From assembly GCF_001194135.2 (NCBI RefSeq), contig NC_068983.1, positions 112,447,175 to 112,491,792 of the forward strand: a stretch of DNA of 44,618 bases, in the 5' to 3' direction. Below, in pieces: positions 9,220-23,214 of the stretch (position 1 is the stretch's first letter; the number at the start of each line of letters is the position of its first letter). This stretch comes from Octopus bimaculoides. Taxonomy: Eukaryota. The translations under genes were made by a program, and so were the position numbers. The notes beneath the pieces are model-generated. The model saw only the letters and a program-made list of their open reading frames with translations, did not search any database and was not told where the DNA came from.

Positions 9220-9751
9220 CTGTAATGTGTAACAGTTTTTATTAGAGAAAAGAAACATAAGAATTTTTATGTTTGCATACATTTCTGCTACAATATCCAT
9301 TTCACTTTGAGTCAAGACTATTGATAAGTTTGCAAGACGCAACAAAAATTTTAGGAAAATAAAAATAAGAAATAAGTGGAAATTTTAACGGTGAGTGTGT
9401 TAAATTTCAAGGCACAATAAGAAAATGACTCTCCTCAGACACAACAGAACCATTTCGCTCATAGAAAATTAAGTACTAAATACAAAATTATGGATAATAA
9501 AGATAACAATTACTAAGGTAGATATTTAAAATAGTAAGACAGTATTTAAGGAAATATGGTTATTTCAAACAGATTGAATAACTGCAGAGCAACTCCTCTG
9601 TTGGGCCACATTTTCATGCATACAACATTACTATTGTCAAAATTCTCAATTGTAAAATACAATAGACCACTTGTACAGATGGTAGAGCAATTCGCTGGTA
9701 GATCTGGCTCTTTTTAAAGAGTACTGATGCTCACTAACAGCAACAGCAACA

Positions 9752-9950
9752 ACATGGAGACCTGTCGAAGGGATAAGTTCTACAGATTATTGATTTCATG
9801 GGGTTTGCTGATTTTCTGCTACTTTAATCTATCGATTCATGGATTAAAGCATTAGATAAGATGAATCTATGGATTAAAGTAACAGAAAGGCCTGGAATCC
9901 CCATGAAATCACTGATCTATAGAACTTATTTCTTTGGTAGGTCTCCATGT
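9752..9950. repeat. Degenerate foldback, MITE-like (about 55-bp arms)
   Basis: ACATGGAGACCT...ATTTCATGGGG inverted at 9897-9950, roughly 80% identical. Confidence 0.7.
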
Positions 9951-11420
9951 AAAGAAAACAATTGAATAGTATGTAGTATGGACCAATGGGTTAACTGTAA
10001 GATTAGGAATGTAGTCTATAGCTTATGGTGTACTGAGAGATAGTGCAGAAACAAGACAATGACTTACACTTGGGAGACAGCACATAGTATAGGGGAGTGA
10101 ATAGGTAAACATTAGTGGGAGATCAAAGAGCTCTACCAACATGCTCAAGTAGAACATAGAGGCTCAGTTAATAACTTGGTGGTTAAGGTATTATCATTGC
10201 ATAGGACAGATTATGGAGGTCACACACATAGTAATAGATAGACCAAGCCTCGACAGAATACATGAATGGAACAATGACACCCACCACCGTACCACACGTG
10301 ACGACTAGAGACTGAGAGAAAAACAAAAAGAAAGACACAGATACAAACAGTATAATACACACACAAAAGCGAAACATGCACATACTCATGATGAAATATA
10401 AGAAATAGAGATAAATAAGTTAACAAACAGAAAAAACTATATAAAACATATGCCATGGAAACCGGGCCCATGAGCCTGGCTAGGCTTTGAAAGGGTGACG
10501 TTTTACATTTTATCACCCATATTAAATTGACAAGATAGACTGATAGAAAGAGAAGGAGAGAGAGAGAGAGAGAGCAGAAGATGGGGAAAGGTAGGGAATC
10601 AGTAGGGATTACCAGTATTACCCCACTACCAAAAGTTAAATACTTATAGAAAATTATGAGTAGACATTCATTCAGTCAGTATTTGATCTCAGAATTGTCT
10701 GTTACTAAATTAGATATATTATGCACCTATCAAATGCCTGAAATATCTTTACAACACATAGAAACTGCAATATACCATTGACATACACATATTAATCTTT
10801 GCCTTTCTCCATCATTATCACATTTATTTATGGATTTTTGGTTTACTATTTACTTTTGTTTTTCTGTTTTGGCTTATCTTTCCATCTTTCCATCAATCTT
10901 CAGCTAACAATTATTGAATTGATTTCATTATCTGATCTAGCAAGACAGGAAATAATAATATATGTATCTACATTTGTGGCCGTGAAGCATAAATACTTAC
11001 ACACACATACATAGACACACACACACACTGACATGAAGAATTATTTTTCTAGACAGTGATGGAATTTTTCTAGAACAGAGAGAAAAAAACCTAATGATAA
11101 AATATAGAAAATAAATGGACAAAAATGGTTGGAATACTATTGTAGATATGAGATAAACAAAGATAACTATGGAATTCATCCCTATATTGTTATAATAGAA
11201 CAATGTAAATAATGTATGTGCATATGCATGTATATATCCATGTACATATATGTGTGCATGTACGTATGCATGCATGTGTGTGTGTACATATCCCGCAAGC
11301 AGGACAGTGCATTTTAGGTCAAGGTATTGGTCTATTGTTAAGAATGACATTGTCATACATCATTTTTTTCAGAACCAGGTAAACTTTATTGCTATGCTTG
11401 TTTGAATCATTCTCACTGAA

Positions 11421-12925
11421 CATCATCATCGTTTAACGTCCACTTTCCATGCTGGCATGGGTTGGACGGTTTGACTGAGGGCTGGCAAGCCAGGAGGCTG
11501 CACCAGGCTTCAATCTGATCTGGCAAAGTTTCTACAGCTGGATGCCCTTCCTAATGCCAACCACTCCAAGAGTGTAGTGGGTGCTTTTTATGTGCCACTG
11601 GCATGGGAGCAGTCAGCTGGCACTGGCATCAACCATGCTCAAATGATGCATTTTACATACCACCGGCATGGGTGCCAATCAGGTGGTACTGTCATCAGCC
11701 ATGACAATGACTTCACTTGACTCAACAGGTCTTCACAAGAACAGTTTATTGCCCAATGATTGAAGGGAACTCTTAAATGGGTCGGTTATGCTGCACTGGC
11801 ATAAGCCATGGTTACGGTCTCACTTGGCTTTCTGGGTCTTCTCAGGCACAGCATATCTCCAAAGGTCTCAGTCACTTGTCATTGCCTCCATGAGGCCTAA
11901 CATTTGAGGGTCGTGATTCACTACTTCATCCCAGATCTTCCAGGGTCTACCTCTTCCATAGGTTCCCTCCACTGTTAGGTTGTGACACTTTTTCACACAG
12001 TTTTCCTTATCCATATGTAACACATGGTGATACCAGCACAGTTTTCTCTCTTGCACACCACATCTGATGCTTCTTATGTCCAACTTTTCTCTCAGGGTGC
12101 TTGCACTCTTTCATGTATGCACACTGACATTACACATCCAGCAGACTTTACTGGCTTCATTCCTTGCAAGCTTACACATGTCCTCAGTAGTCACGGCCCA
12201 TGTTTCACTGCCATGTAGCATGGCTGTTCGCACACATACGTCATACAGTCTACCTTTTACTCTGAGTGAGAGGCCCTTTGTCACCAGCAGAGGTAGGAGC
12301 TCTCTGAACTTTGCCCAGGCTATTCTTATTTTAGCTGCTACACTCTCAGAGCATCCATCCCTGCTACTGACTTGGTCACCTAGGTAACAGAAGTTATCAA
12401 CTACTTCTAGTTTTTCCCACTGGCATGTGATGGAAGCTCTTTTCTGCACATTTTCAGTGTTTATTGATCCTGAGCATCTGTCACACACAAAAACTATCTT
12501 CCCAGTTAGCCTTCCTTTGATATTGCTGCACCTCTTATGTGTCTATAGATTACACCAGGTACATCTTATGGACTTTCTACCTATGCCTTTTCTACAACTC
12601 AAGTAGGGCCATCTACCTGAAGGGATTAGTGATTTGTCTACCTTCCTACTTAGTTAGACATTGGTTTTTGCTAGATTGACTCTAAGGCCCTTCAATTCTA
12701 GACCTTGCTTCCACACCTGAAACTTTTCTAGTTCTGATAGTGACTCAGCAATTAGAGCAAGGTCATCAGCATAGAGAAGCTCCTAGGGACATCCTGTCTT
12801 GAATTCCTCTGTTATTGCTGAGAGGACTATGATGAATAAGTGGGGGCTGAGGACTGGTCCTTGGTGGACCCCTACTCGGAATTCTTCACTATGCTCATTG
12901 CCAACCCTCACCTTACTGACAACAT
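11421..12925 (-). mobile_element. 5'-truncated RTE-clade LINE (RT C-terminal half, 3' UTR, (GAT)n tail)
   Basis: GVHQGPVLSP, ELLYADDL, FCYLGDQVSS..IRIAWAKFRELLPLL..MLHGSETW motifs, and tail ..GGACGTTAAACGATGATGATG. Confidence 0.92.
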
Positions 12926-14385
12926 CAAATGAGCTTTGAAAAGAAGTATAAGAAATTGATAGTTAAATCATATGTTCTTTCTCTAAACTTACATATTTTA
13001 ATAACACAAAGTGTTCAACAACACAGTTCAACTGTGATAAACCCAAATACTTTTTTCGGGTTTACATTCATATCTCCCAGCTAACAACAATATTATTTTG
13101 TAATGTTTATTATTTTATGAGAGATATGTGTCTCAATATATCTCAGAAACAAATACCGATATGATAGTACTATTCTGGTATGAGATAACATCATGACAGA
13201 AATGAGAGAATACACTGCATCTAAAATTAGAAATAAGAAGGAAGACAAATAGTTTTGCAATCTTGCCTCTGTTTAGGAACTACAGTGAAGGAGTTTTATA
13301 ACCTTATACATCTTTTTTATTACAACACTAACCACAATCTGTTAAGGAAAGAATAGTAGTGAGATTTGAACAACACAGTTTGAGCCAAATACAGCAATGT
13401 GTTTGGGTTGGGATCAAAGATTGTGGCAACATTCTGATGTGTGAGAATATGAATTAATTGTATTATACATTACATATTATGTATGTGTTTATTTCTATTA
13501 TAGTTTTTCTTTCATCAATCGAAGGAAAATGAAATATCTTGAGATTTATCATTTTTGTTTCCCTTGTCCTTTTTTTCTTTGTTTTTTTTTTGTTTCCCTT
13601 GTTTCTATTGTCTTTTTTCTTTTATTTCTACAACCCACCTTGTCGCATTCTCTTTACATTCAAACTTCTTTCTTATACACTAAAAAATATTTCCAAACAC
13701 TTTGGTATTTGTTCTATTCATCCTCTGCAGAAATCTTTCACCCACTTGACACTTTATTGCCCTTTTTACCAGGAGATCCTTTGGGGAAATGAATTCTAAA
13801 TATTAGTACTGTACAAAAGTTATAAACTCTTCGCTAGATCCCTTTTCTTTATACCTACTCTTCTTAACAACTTGATAATATGGCAACTATCACAATGAGA
13901 CTGGCTTCTCATTTATCCAACTTATTTTATAACCTCTTAGAAATAATTCACATAAGATTTTCCTTACAAGCTAACAGCAAGCTAAAATTTTTATTATACC
14001 AGTCTCCACCAGCTATTCTGTTTCAATATTGAATTCAAGGAGGCTGGAAAGTAGCCATAGTATTTGCAACAACTCATAGAATAGTGAGGTATATGAAGTT
14101 GATGTTCAGCTTAAACTATTATAGGGTGATGTCATATGGGGGGAAATATGAGCAAGGAGAGTTTCTAAATGTGATAAAGTACTGGGGCGTATGAATTAGA
14201 ATATGTGTATGGAGGTGTTGATCAAGAGAAACTAATTAATAATCATAATGTTCTTCATATAAACTATGGTCCTGCTTCCACTTTATAATCTGATAATACA
14301 ACTGTTGTTTTGATTTTGAACACACTGTTTTAGAATATGGTCAAATATTCAGTCAGTAGTATTACACCACATCAATTAATAAAAA

Positions 14386-14525
14386 TTTGTGTCTGATGTT
14401 CCGGCCTGAATTTTCATTCAAGATTATTCACTGCAGTGGGTAACTACTTAAACTAATTTGTGTCTGATGTCTTAGCCTGAATTTTCATCCAAGATTATTC
14501 AATGCTGTGAATGACTACTTAAATA
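14386..14525. repeat. Two-copy tandem duplication, about 71-bp unit
   Basis: AATTTGTGTCTGATGT..CCTGAATTTTCAT.CAAGATTATTCA..ACTACTTAAA occurs twice. Confidence 0.85.
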
Positions 14526-14857
14526 ATTAGCTAAGGGGTTTCAAGTTTACATAGTATTGCAGACACTGTTCTGAATTCTGTCAATCTTTTGACTTATTAA
14601 AAATTTGAAGTATTCCTGATCACACATTTTAATTGATAATTAGCTTGATTGGTTACAGTTAAATGTTTGAATCTTGCTATGATTTAATTACTTTTATTTG
14701 CCTTATACTAATTTATAAACAATAGATTTGTAGAAGGTGTCTGTGACATTGAATGACAAACTATTTAATTAAAAACTACCAATTTCAAAACCCTCAATAA
14801 TTATGTTTGTGAGATAATCTTAGCAGTTCAAAAAAAATCCATTAAAGGATATTATTT

Positions 14858-15180
14858 ATCTTTTACTTGTTTCAGTCATGAGACTACAACCATGCTGGGG
14901 CACCACCTTGAAGAATTTCAGTCAAATGAATCACCCCCAGTATTTTTCATTTTTTAAGCCTTACTCTATCATTTGCTTTTGTTGAACCACTATGTTACAG
15001 GGATGTAAACACACCAACACTGGTTGTCAAGTGATGGTAGGTGACAAACACTAAGAGACACACACATAAATATACATGCATATGCGACAGGCTTCTTTCA
15101 GTTTCCATCTACCAAATCTACTCACAATGCTTTGGTCAGCCTAAGGCTATAGAAGACACTTTCCCAAAGTGTCACGCACC
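14858..15180 (-). mobile_element. Degenerate SINE family A
   Basis: Tail and core homology to 6512-6910. Confidence 0.8.
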
Positions 15181-15831
15181 AGATATTAATGTATATCTTT
15201 TTAGCAATTATATCTAATTAGTTTATGCTAAATAAATCCTCAATCATCAGTATACTTAAATCCCTAGAACAATATTCATTAAGCGTTCTTCATTTATCTC
15301 CTTTTGAGAAGACAAATGGCTAAAGGTATTCCAAAATATAAGCATCCAATCTTCTTTTCTTTTTTCTTTTTCTTTTTCTTTTTTTGTCAAGCACATTGCA
15401 TTTAGGAAGATTTGGCTGTTATTTCTACAAATGGCTCTTTGTTTGGTTTGGCATCATTAGAATATAATGATCATACCAGTCTTCTCTCTTGCACACTACA
15501 TCTTATGCCCAAATGCACTTTCAAACATTTGCACTTTGCTATATATGCACACTGTTTATATTCTTCTTACGCAGTATCCCCTTTGCCAGTTCAAGAAATG
15601 CAACTCTGTATCTAATTTTGAAACTTGCATACCTTGTTGCTGTCATTATTGCTTAGCCCATAGTCAGCCTTTGATGAAAAGTGGACTAGCTATGGCCACC
15701 TTATCTTTTATTCAGGTTTGGTATTTCTAATATGTACTTCCATTTCTTAACATTGTAAGCCATGATTTTAGGGAGACTTGCTGCTATTTCTAGTAGGTAC
15801 AGTGATGGTGTAATGACCCTCATTAGCTCAT

Positions 15832-16240
15832 ACTCTTTACTCTTTTACTTCTTTCAGTCATTTGACTGCGGCCATGCTGGAGCACCGCCTTTAGTCAAAT
15901 CAAATCGACCCCATAACTTATTCTTTGGATGCCTAGTACTTATTCTATTGGTCTCTTTTGCCGAACTGCTAAGTTACAGGGATGTAAACACACCACCGTC
16001 GGCTGTCAAGCGGTGTTGGGGGGACAAACACAGACACACAAACATATACACACATATACATATATATATATACGACAGGCTTCTTTCAGTTTCCGTCTAC
16101 CAAATCCACTCACAAGGCTTTGGTCGGCTCGAGGCTACAGTAGAAGACACTTACTCAAGGTGCCACACAGTGGGAATGAACCGGGAACCATGTGGTTGGT
16201 AAGCAAGCTACTTAAGCAAGCTACTTACCACACAGCCACT
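15832..16240 (-). mobile_element. Full-length SINE family A
   Basis: Reverse complement of the 6512-6910 type, with a small internal duplication AAGCAAGCTACTT. Confidence 0.9.
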
Positions 16241-16299
16241 CATTGATATTTTTAGTTTCAATACTATATTTTCTGTCATACAGTTATAACAATGTGCTC

Positions 16300-16690
16300 C
16301 GTAGAATTATCATAAGTAGCAGTATCACAGGAAGGTTAACAGAGAAAAGAGACTTTGTGGAAGAAGTGTTGGAGCAATAGATTCTAAGAGCACATTGGAA
16401 ATAGATTTGGATGATCATTAGAGACAGTAGATAATACCTGTTACATCTAAGACATTAAGAATTTTGGCATTGGGTTTGAAAGTGTGTGAGAAATTGTAGT
16501 TCTTAAATAATCTTTGAATACTTTTACAGAAATGTTCCATTTGAAATGCATTATAACCTTCCATAGTGAGCTGGTAGTCATCCCCGTAAAGTCCTCCTCC
16601 AAGCTATCAGGTGATACACAAGTATTCAACCATGGGTGCATTATGTCTCATAGTAGAAACAACTGTAAGCTTATGAAGTTCGTGGCATAA
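16300..16690 (-). mobile_element. Degenerate Penelope-like RT fragment
   Basis: GGGLYGDD..MEHFCKSIQRLFKNYNF..KILNVLDVT resembles the PLE RT segment GLYRDDG..KKI..IFK..L..VNFLDVT (recalled). Confidence 0.5.
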
Positions 16691-18915
16691 TTTCTTATTC
16701 CCTTGTCATTTTAATTTCTTACATAAATGTGTGTGTGTGTGTTAAGTTGTATATGTTGTGAACAAAATTAGTGTACTCATTGCATATAGAGTGAAATATC
16801 TATTTTATTTATTTTGTTTTTTAATACTTGAGTATGCTAATTATCACAGATCCATACCTAAGAGTCATGTCTTATATATCATTATCTTCAGATGAATTTA
16901 GATATAAAGAACCTCTGAAAGGTAGATTGTCTCCAGTTCCATCAGAAAGTCGCAAAGCGCAAAGAACTAGTAATTATTCTCACTTACTATAGAAGAATAA
17001 GTGTATGTGTTTGCATATATTTTGTATGTGAGTGCATGCATGCAGTGGGTGTACATATGTGTGCATATATGAGCATCGATGTGTGTGCATTGCATTTCTG
17101 TGTTCATGGTGTATGAGACAAAATTTTAAATTTTCACTGAACAGAAAATTATTTCAATCTTAAATTATAATCATTTCCCATATTTTGTAAAATCTTTCTA
17201 CTCATCTGATAAAGTAGAATTTAACTTAAGAAACTAAAGTTTAATTTGCTATCAATTATTCAGATATTAATACATTCATTCCAAAATGTTTTAAGGATTT
17301 TAGTAGAAAAATAGCTTGGTGAGTTGTTCATATAAATTCACAACAATTTTCAATGTAAAGCAAACTTCTATACATCTAGATACTATACACCTGAATGTAT
17401 GTTGTTTAGCAAAGAGATTATTTAATAGATAAAAGTACTTTAATATAAAATATTTAACAAAGATATTCTTAAATAATACTGGAGTTTGTGAATACATGTG
17501 TATGTTGCTATAATTTATGCACATGTTACAAAGCATTTGCTAGGGGCTGCATATTTACAAATAAAGAATTATTTGCTCTGTTTATTGACCGATGCTCTAG
17601 CCTAGCAACCCTTCAGGATTTCTAAACAGACAGAATTCTCAACAGTACATTAATGTCTTTATCCTACTTCATCCTATGAAGTGTATGTTGCCAGAACATT
17701 TATTCTCCTTTTAGCAGATAGGAACAAATTGTTAGTTTAGATGCCAATCTAAGCAAACAGTCAACTTCCAAAGCTTCTTATTAACAAATCAGAGAACACC
17801 ATAACATAAAATTCCCTGGAATAGCAGCTTTCAGAGAAATTGTATAACTTTTTGTTTTTTATCAAGGGAATACATTACTGGAAAAGACATTCTCTTTTTA
17901 TCAATCATTTTAGAAATGTCTTGACAGTTGAGTGGTTAAGGACTGGGTAACTGACCTAAATGCTAGACTTTCACTAATGGTGACATGTATCTTAGCCTTA
18001 GCACATTACATGCTTCTTTTTTGAAGAGTATCCAGAAATATCTAATACTTAATACAAGTAAAATGTCTAATACAAGTAATAAATATATCTAGATTTTCAA
18101 GAAGTTTTACATTAATTTAATAAGAAGTGAACATTAAGAATAAAAAAGAATTAAAGCATAATGTTTTGATATATTAGAAATAAATCAGAAATATATATAT
18201 TGATTTTCTTATATTTAATTCCATGACTTCTACTTGAATATATTAATACTAGAAAAGTTTGGAATGATACACTAACTCAGCATATTACTGTCCCTTTTTA
18301 GTTAGGTAATAAGTTTCACTATTGGTTCTATGAGCCATGGCTTGGTTCTGTCGGGGATAAGATATTGTGTAATTTAGATAAGTGACATTCAGTATATCAC
18401 CCTTCAAATTAATAATCTAAATTGATGTCATTAAGCCATCTAACCTAAAATTATTGATAACTCCCTTTTATATAGGTTGACTATACTCAGCTGATGAGTT
18501 ATAATAGACCAAAACATGTCCATATTTGTCCCCCTTGCATGTAAACAAAGATCAAGCTGCCCTTTCCCTAAACATTTGAATTAACTTGTGGAATTAATTC
18601 TCTATTACTTGAAATTATCTTTTTGGTGTGAGTTGCTTATTGGTTTTGTTTTTCTTTTTCTAGACAAGAAAGAAAAATTTCAATTAGAAATTTTTTAAGT
18701 ATGATATTTAGTACATCATGCCTTTAACTCGAGTAATTATACACATATTTGAGAAGAGACCAATGATTCTCTATTTAATAACCAATATGTCTGGACTGCA
18801 ACAATATTGAAGGCTATACATCTTGGTATGTAAACTTTTGCAAATTGTTATGAGTATTGTTTTAGTCAGAAAATTATCTGTTGACAGGAAACCCATGGAA
18901 GCCCATTGTGTATGG

Positions 18916-18961
<46 letters not shown>

Positions 18962-19454
18962 ATACACATGTGTGTTTGTATGTAAACCAGTCTAAAAATT
19001 TCTGTCATTTTTGTTGCTACTCTTTGTCTTGTACTTTAACAATTCAACAAACAGTGATAAAATAAATAATTAGCAGACTGAAGTAGAAATATAAAATATA
19101 ACCAAATAAATCTTTGTAGGAGATGCCCAGCATGGCTACAGTCTAACAAGTAATAATAGTAAAAGATTAGAAGAATTTATGATATTCTTTGTATTAAACT
19201 GATACAGGTTTTAGACACCATAGAAAACAGATAAATATCAAATTAATGAATGGCATTTATTGCACAAAATAATAAATTAATATATTTGATATGAGAAAAT
19301 ATTGCATCGATATTCACAAATAAATTGCAGTGATTTGCTGTAATACAATGTAAAGGACAAACAAAATTATGCCACTACAGGATATGATGGTTTGTATTAC
19401 TTTTATGATTTCATGACCTCAAAATATTTCTTGTTTTGTGTTGCCTTGCTTTAG

Positions 19455-19553
19455 ATAACCTTGTCAGCATTGATTGATCAGATTGCTGACAAAGATGTTG
19501 TAGATCAAATGTTAAGGCATGACCCACTGACCAGTCCAAGCCACAGGATATAA
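19455..19553 (+). CDS. Candidate terminal coding exon (ITLSALIDQIADKDVVDQMLRHDPLTSPSHRI*), product unknown
   Basis: Polypyrimidine acceptor ttgccttgctttag, a single open frame to TAA, and protein-like composition. No AATAAA was seen nearby. Confidence 0.3.
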   Translation: MTLSALIDQIADKDVVDQMLRHDPLTSPSHRI

Positions 19554-20992
19554 TATAAATCTGACTGGTTCAGAATTATGGTCAATATTTTATTTTGTCA
19601 TCTCATTGTTTGTCTTTGGTAAAGCATAAGAAACCCTGGATGATATATGTAACTGACAAAGAGAAAAAGTGAATGTGTAGATAAATTTTTAGCAGAAGAT
19701 ATTTTCCTTGCATTTTCTTTGATACTGAGACAGTATTCAACTTCTGTGGCTTAATGTTGCTGATCTGAACAGAGAGTAAAAACAACCCAGATGACAATGG
19801 AAATAATATGTTTTGTGAAGTTTAGAAATGTCATATTTCATTGTCTGACTCAGCAAATCATAAAGATTATCTGTCTGTAAAATATATGAAAGAATGAAAG
19901 TAGTAACCAATAGAATTTACTTCAATCATTGTTTGCTGATAAAACAAGTCTATTTTGGCATTAACAGTGAAATTTATAACTTTGAATAATAGCTAGAGAA
20001 AAAAAAAACGTTCTAAGTATAAAACCTAAACCTTGGTGTGGTGGAATAGAGAAAATGTCAAACTATATAAATTGACATTTTCATATTATATCAATTAGAG
20101 CTTAATTAACTGACAATACACGATATGTTTGTTTTCTCTTACAAGCATTTAATATGATAGCAAAGCCTAAGATAGCTAGCATAAATTACAAGGTAAAATT
20201 AAAGCTATATTTTATGATTTTTATCACATTTTGTTTTAATCAATCTTGTGAATCAAGGAATTGTGAGTCATTATCCAGAATTAGTATGATCCAGTGCAAA
20301 TATTAACCCAGCATATCATCATGTTTGACATACTCATTTGAGGTAAACTCAGAGATGGTTAATTGTGTCCAAGAGTGTACCACAAAATTGTCATGAATGA
20401 TCAGTACTACTTTTAAGAATCTTGTCTGGCTAATTTCCTGTGAGTATGTACTGACCCTGAGCAGCTATAATGAAGCTTTCTGTATCTGATTTAAGTTCAG
20501 TTGCAGACAGCCATCAATGTCTCATATTTCTATCAATATCAAGATTGCTGACTTTAGTAGAGTATTTACTATGGAATACTTTATTCTTTCATTTATTACA
20601 CAGCTCTAAGATTCCATTGGATCTGGCTTCCCTTTTATTTGATTTGCTTTCACATAGGATTGTGTTTCATCAAGTTGCACCCAGTTTTGGTGATCTTTAA
20701 TTCCTTTACAATTTAGTTTCTTGGTATTTTCATGCTTTCTTACATGTTTAAATATCTTATAATTAGTTGGTTGCTATCTTTAAATATAATTGTGACTGCA
20801 TCAGTTCACATCTTCCTTCCTTTCATGGAATGTAAATTCTGTCTATATCTACCTTTGGGTGATGTATGACTGCACTGTGAGAAACTTGTGCAGCTTTACA
20901 TTGATTTCATTTATCTCATTGATGGATTATTTTATATTAAAGCTGCTGATCATAACAGATACAGCCAGGGTATTGATGATATCAACCCTATT

Positions 20993-21455
20993 TACTCTTT
21001 ACTCTTTTACTTGTTTCAGTCATTTGACTGTGGCCATGCTGGAGCACCACCTTTAGTCGAGCAAATCGACCCCAGGACTTATTCTTTGGAAGCCTAGTAC
21101 TTATTCTATCGGTCNNNNNNNNNNTTATTCTTTGGAAGCCTAGTACTTATTCTATCGGTCCCTTTTGCCGAACCGCTAAGTTACGGGGACATAAACACAC
21201 CAGCATCGGTTGTCAAGCGATGTTGGGGGGACAAACACAGACACGCAAACAGATGCAGAAACATACATATATATATATATACATACATTTATACGACAGG
21301 CTTCTTTCAGTTTCCATCTACCAAATCCACTCACAAGGCTTTGGTCGACCTGAGGCTATAGTAGAAGACACTTGCCCAAGGTGCCATGCTGTGGGACTGA
21401 ACCTGGAACCATGTGGTTGGTAAGCAAGCTACTTACCACACAGCCACTCCTACGC
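20993..21455 (-). mobile_element. Full-length SINE family A spanning a 10-N gap
   Basis: Family homology. A 36-bp stretch is duplicated on both sides of the gap, which is likely an assembly overlap. Confidence 0.9.
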
Positions 21456-22234
21456 CTATTTGTCATATTAACTTTGCTTTTTAAGGTAGCTCTAACTACT
21501 AGCATTGTTCTCTGTATTTTTCATGCATTTGTGAGAACAAAGTGCCATCCTTCCACACACATCCAAATATTTGTAGCTTTCTTCAGATCTAACGTTTTAA
21601 TTATTGTAGTATTGAGCTGTACATTGTGGGTTTTCAAAATATTTATAAAAGCCAGATTCCATGTCATCACTAAATTGTTTTATTATTGCTAAAAGCCATT
21701 TCAATTGTTGATCACTGTTGATAAAAAGTTTTAGATTTGTGGTTCTTAATCTTTTTTTTTCTTTTTGCCTTTAGTTGTACCTCCCACTCCTTTGAAGTAG
21801 TTGTTATGCCTAGCACCCACCTAAGTGGCAAATGAAGTGTCATTACTAAACTAATTGATAAGTCTTGATCTCCTAACCAGTGTTTTTTGGTATATCACAG
21901 AGTATGGTTGCCTTGTCATTCTCTGGGACCTTTTTCTGATATTTTCTTTTACCTCTTATTTTCTATTGGTATTTCATAATGCTATGTGAAACTTCCAGAG
22001 TTAGCAAACTTCAACTCTCTTATGCGTGGAGGTATATTCTTTCTTGGCTAGAGCAGCTAGTGACAATGTGGTTAATTATTCCTTCTATACTTCTGTAAAT
22101 TTTGTATTGACATTATCTATTCTACCTCATTACATTAATTGGAAAGGATTAGAGATTAGAAATGCTTGTTTCATTGTGCAATAATGCTTCAAGTTCTGGA
22201 GTGACAAGCAACAGAAGCTCAAAATTTCTGGAAC

Positions 22235-23108
22235 TACTATTGAGCTGGAAACTACAGCCTAGAAGACAAGCCTCATCCTGGAAGATCTGTAGAGCTCGAT
22301 GAGGATGAGCACACCCTGGTGGAACAAAATCGAAACTGTTGAGAAAATAGTAGAAAACCTGGATTTGGTTATTCATCCATTCATTGACACCTGCATGCCA
22401 TCAGAAAAGTCAGCAAACTGGGTCAGTGGGTTCTTACCGAACTTTCCAGTTCTAATCTCATGCAGAGAGTGAATGTGTGATCTTCTTTGCTGTCACATTT
22501 CATGAATGAACCTTTTTTGGATCGAATAGTGACTGGTGATGAGAAACAGATTCTCTATAAAAAATAAAATGCTGAAGACAGTGGGTAGGGAAAAGAGAAA
22601 CTCTGACACCCCAGGTTAAAGAAGGTCTTCACTCACGCAAGGTGTTGTTATCTGATTGATGAGATATGAAAGGTTTAGTCCACGTAGAACTTTTAAACCC
22701 AAACCAAACGATAACAAAGGAGATATACTGTGAGCAGCTTGAGTGGCTTAAGTCAGTGCTAGAAGAAAAATGACCATCTTTAGTTTCAAGACAAAAGGTG
22801 TTCTTCTGTCAGGATAATACTCAACCACATACAGTGAGGATGACATTCAAAAGGCTGGAGCAGTTTCAATGGGAAACGATATCCATCCACCATATTTCCT
22901 GGACATTGCCCCATCTGATTATCATTTTTTCTGCAGTCTTCAAAATCATTTGGATGGACAAAATATGAATTCTGTAGACGAGGTCAGAAGAGTACTGGAG
23001 GAGTATTCTTCATCACGGACAAGTGAATTTTGGATGAGGGACCTTGTAAGTCTACCAGAGAGATGGAAGAGCATTGTAGAAAATGAAGGAGAGTATATTT
23101 TAGATTAA
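22235..23108 (+). pseudogene. Mariner (DD34D) transposase relic
   Basis: GNYSLEDKPHPGRS, FLDRIVTGDEK, QDNTQPH, DIAPSDYHFFCSLQNHL..LPERWKSIVENEGEYILD*. Many stops and frameshifts; no TIRs seen. Confidence 0.92.
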
Positions 23109-23131
23109 AAAAGAACTTTGTTCATCTTAAG

Positions 23132-23145
23132 TATGTGTGTGTGTG

Positions 23146-23211
<66 letters not shown>
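23132..23211. repeat. (TG)n microsatellite; representative of many (CA/TG, TA, TAGA, AAAG, AAT, ACAT tracts) across the window
   Basis: Direct reading. Other tracts lie near 610, 4650, 5170, 5805-5900, 18920, 27265, 28460, 31330, 32060, 32415, 37305, 37945 and 44370. Confidence 0.98.

Positions 23212-23214
<3 letters not shown>

Noticed and set aside
15412-15730. Cys-rich ORFs with an apparent acceptor at 15405
   Set aside because: The apparent acceptor is part of a dispersed repeat motif and no protein family was recognised.
21079-21160. 36-bp direct duplication flanking a 10-N gap
   Set aside because: Identical sequence on both sides of the gap indicates an unmerged contig overlap, not biology.
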